NCBI GenBank assembly: GCA_002269645.1
Contig: NIVC01000424.1
Span: 124,001 to 188,000, forward strand
Direction of reading: 5' to 3'
Source: Macrostomum lignano
Taxonomy: Eukaryota
Length of the DNA: 64,000 nt
In this document: positions 63,865-64,000 of the stretch, one piece after another
Numbering within the stretch: the stretch's first letter is position 1
Layout: every line of letters starts with the position of its first letter
Made by a program: the position numbers and the translations under genes
The notes under the pieces: model-generated
What the model was told of the DNA's origin: nothing
Databases searched by the model: none
What the model saw: only the letters and a program-made list of their open reading frames with translations

Positions 63865-64000
63865 GTGTTAGATACTGGCTGCTACTGTGTTAGATACTGG
63901 CTGCTACTGTGTTAGATACTGGCTGCTACTGTGTCAGATACTGGCTGCTACTGTGTTAGATACTGGCCGCTACTGTGTTAGATACTGGCTGCTACTGTAT
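63865..64000. repeat. 22-bp minisatellite TGTGTTAGATACTGGCTGCTAC, truncated by the window end
   Basis: Direct reading. Confidence 0.9.

Overview
Eukaryotic (metazoan) genomic DNA with spliced genes; no prokaryotic features. Four protein-coding genes can be built by hand from GT-AG junctions: a prospero/Prox homeobox gene (minus strand, 3' end outside the window), an otubain deubiquitinase OTUB1 (minus, 2 exons, 271 aa), the FERM-RING E3 ligase MYLIP/IDOL (minus, 5 exons, 526 aa) and a FoxL1-class forkhead gene (plus, 2 exons, 403 aa). About a third of the window is about 30 distinct mini- and microsatellite arrays, mostly with 19-26 bp units, which fill introns almost to the splice sites. This style, with GC-rich poly-Ala/Gln exons, suggests a Macrostomum-like flatworm (inference only). 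The most unusual region is 27.8-38.5 kb. It holds a ~4 kb tract almost free of CpG, whose internal diverged repeat shows reciprocal TG/CA and CA/TG-to-TA changes (methylation- or RIP-like hypermutation). It also holds a 5'-truncated but uninterrupted RT-RNase H non-LTR retrotransposon flanked by a 3,006-bp direct duplication that is arranged like a giant target-site duplication. All coordinates and counts were read manually; array boundaries and copy numbers are approximate.
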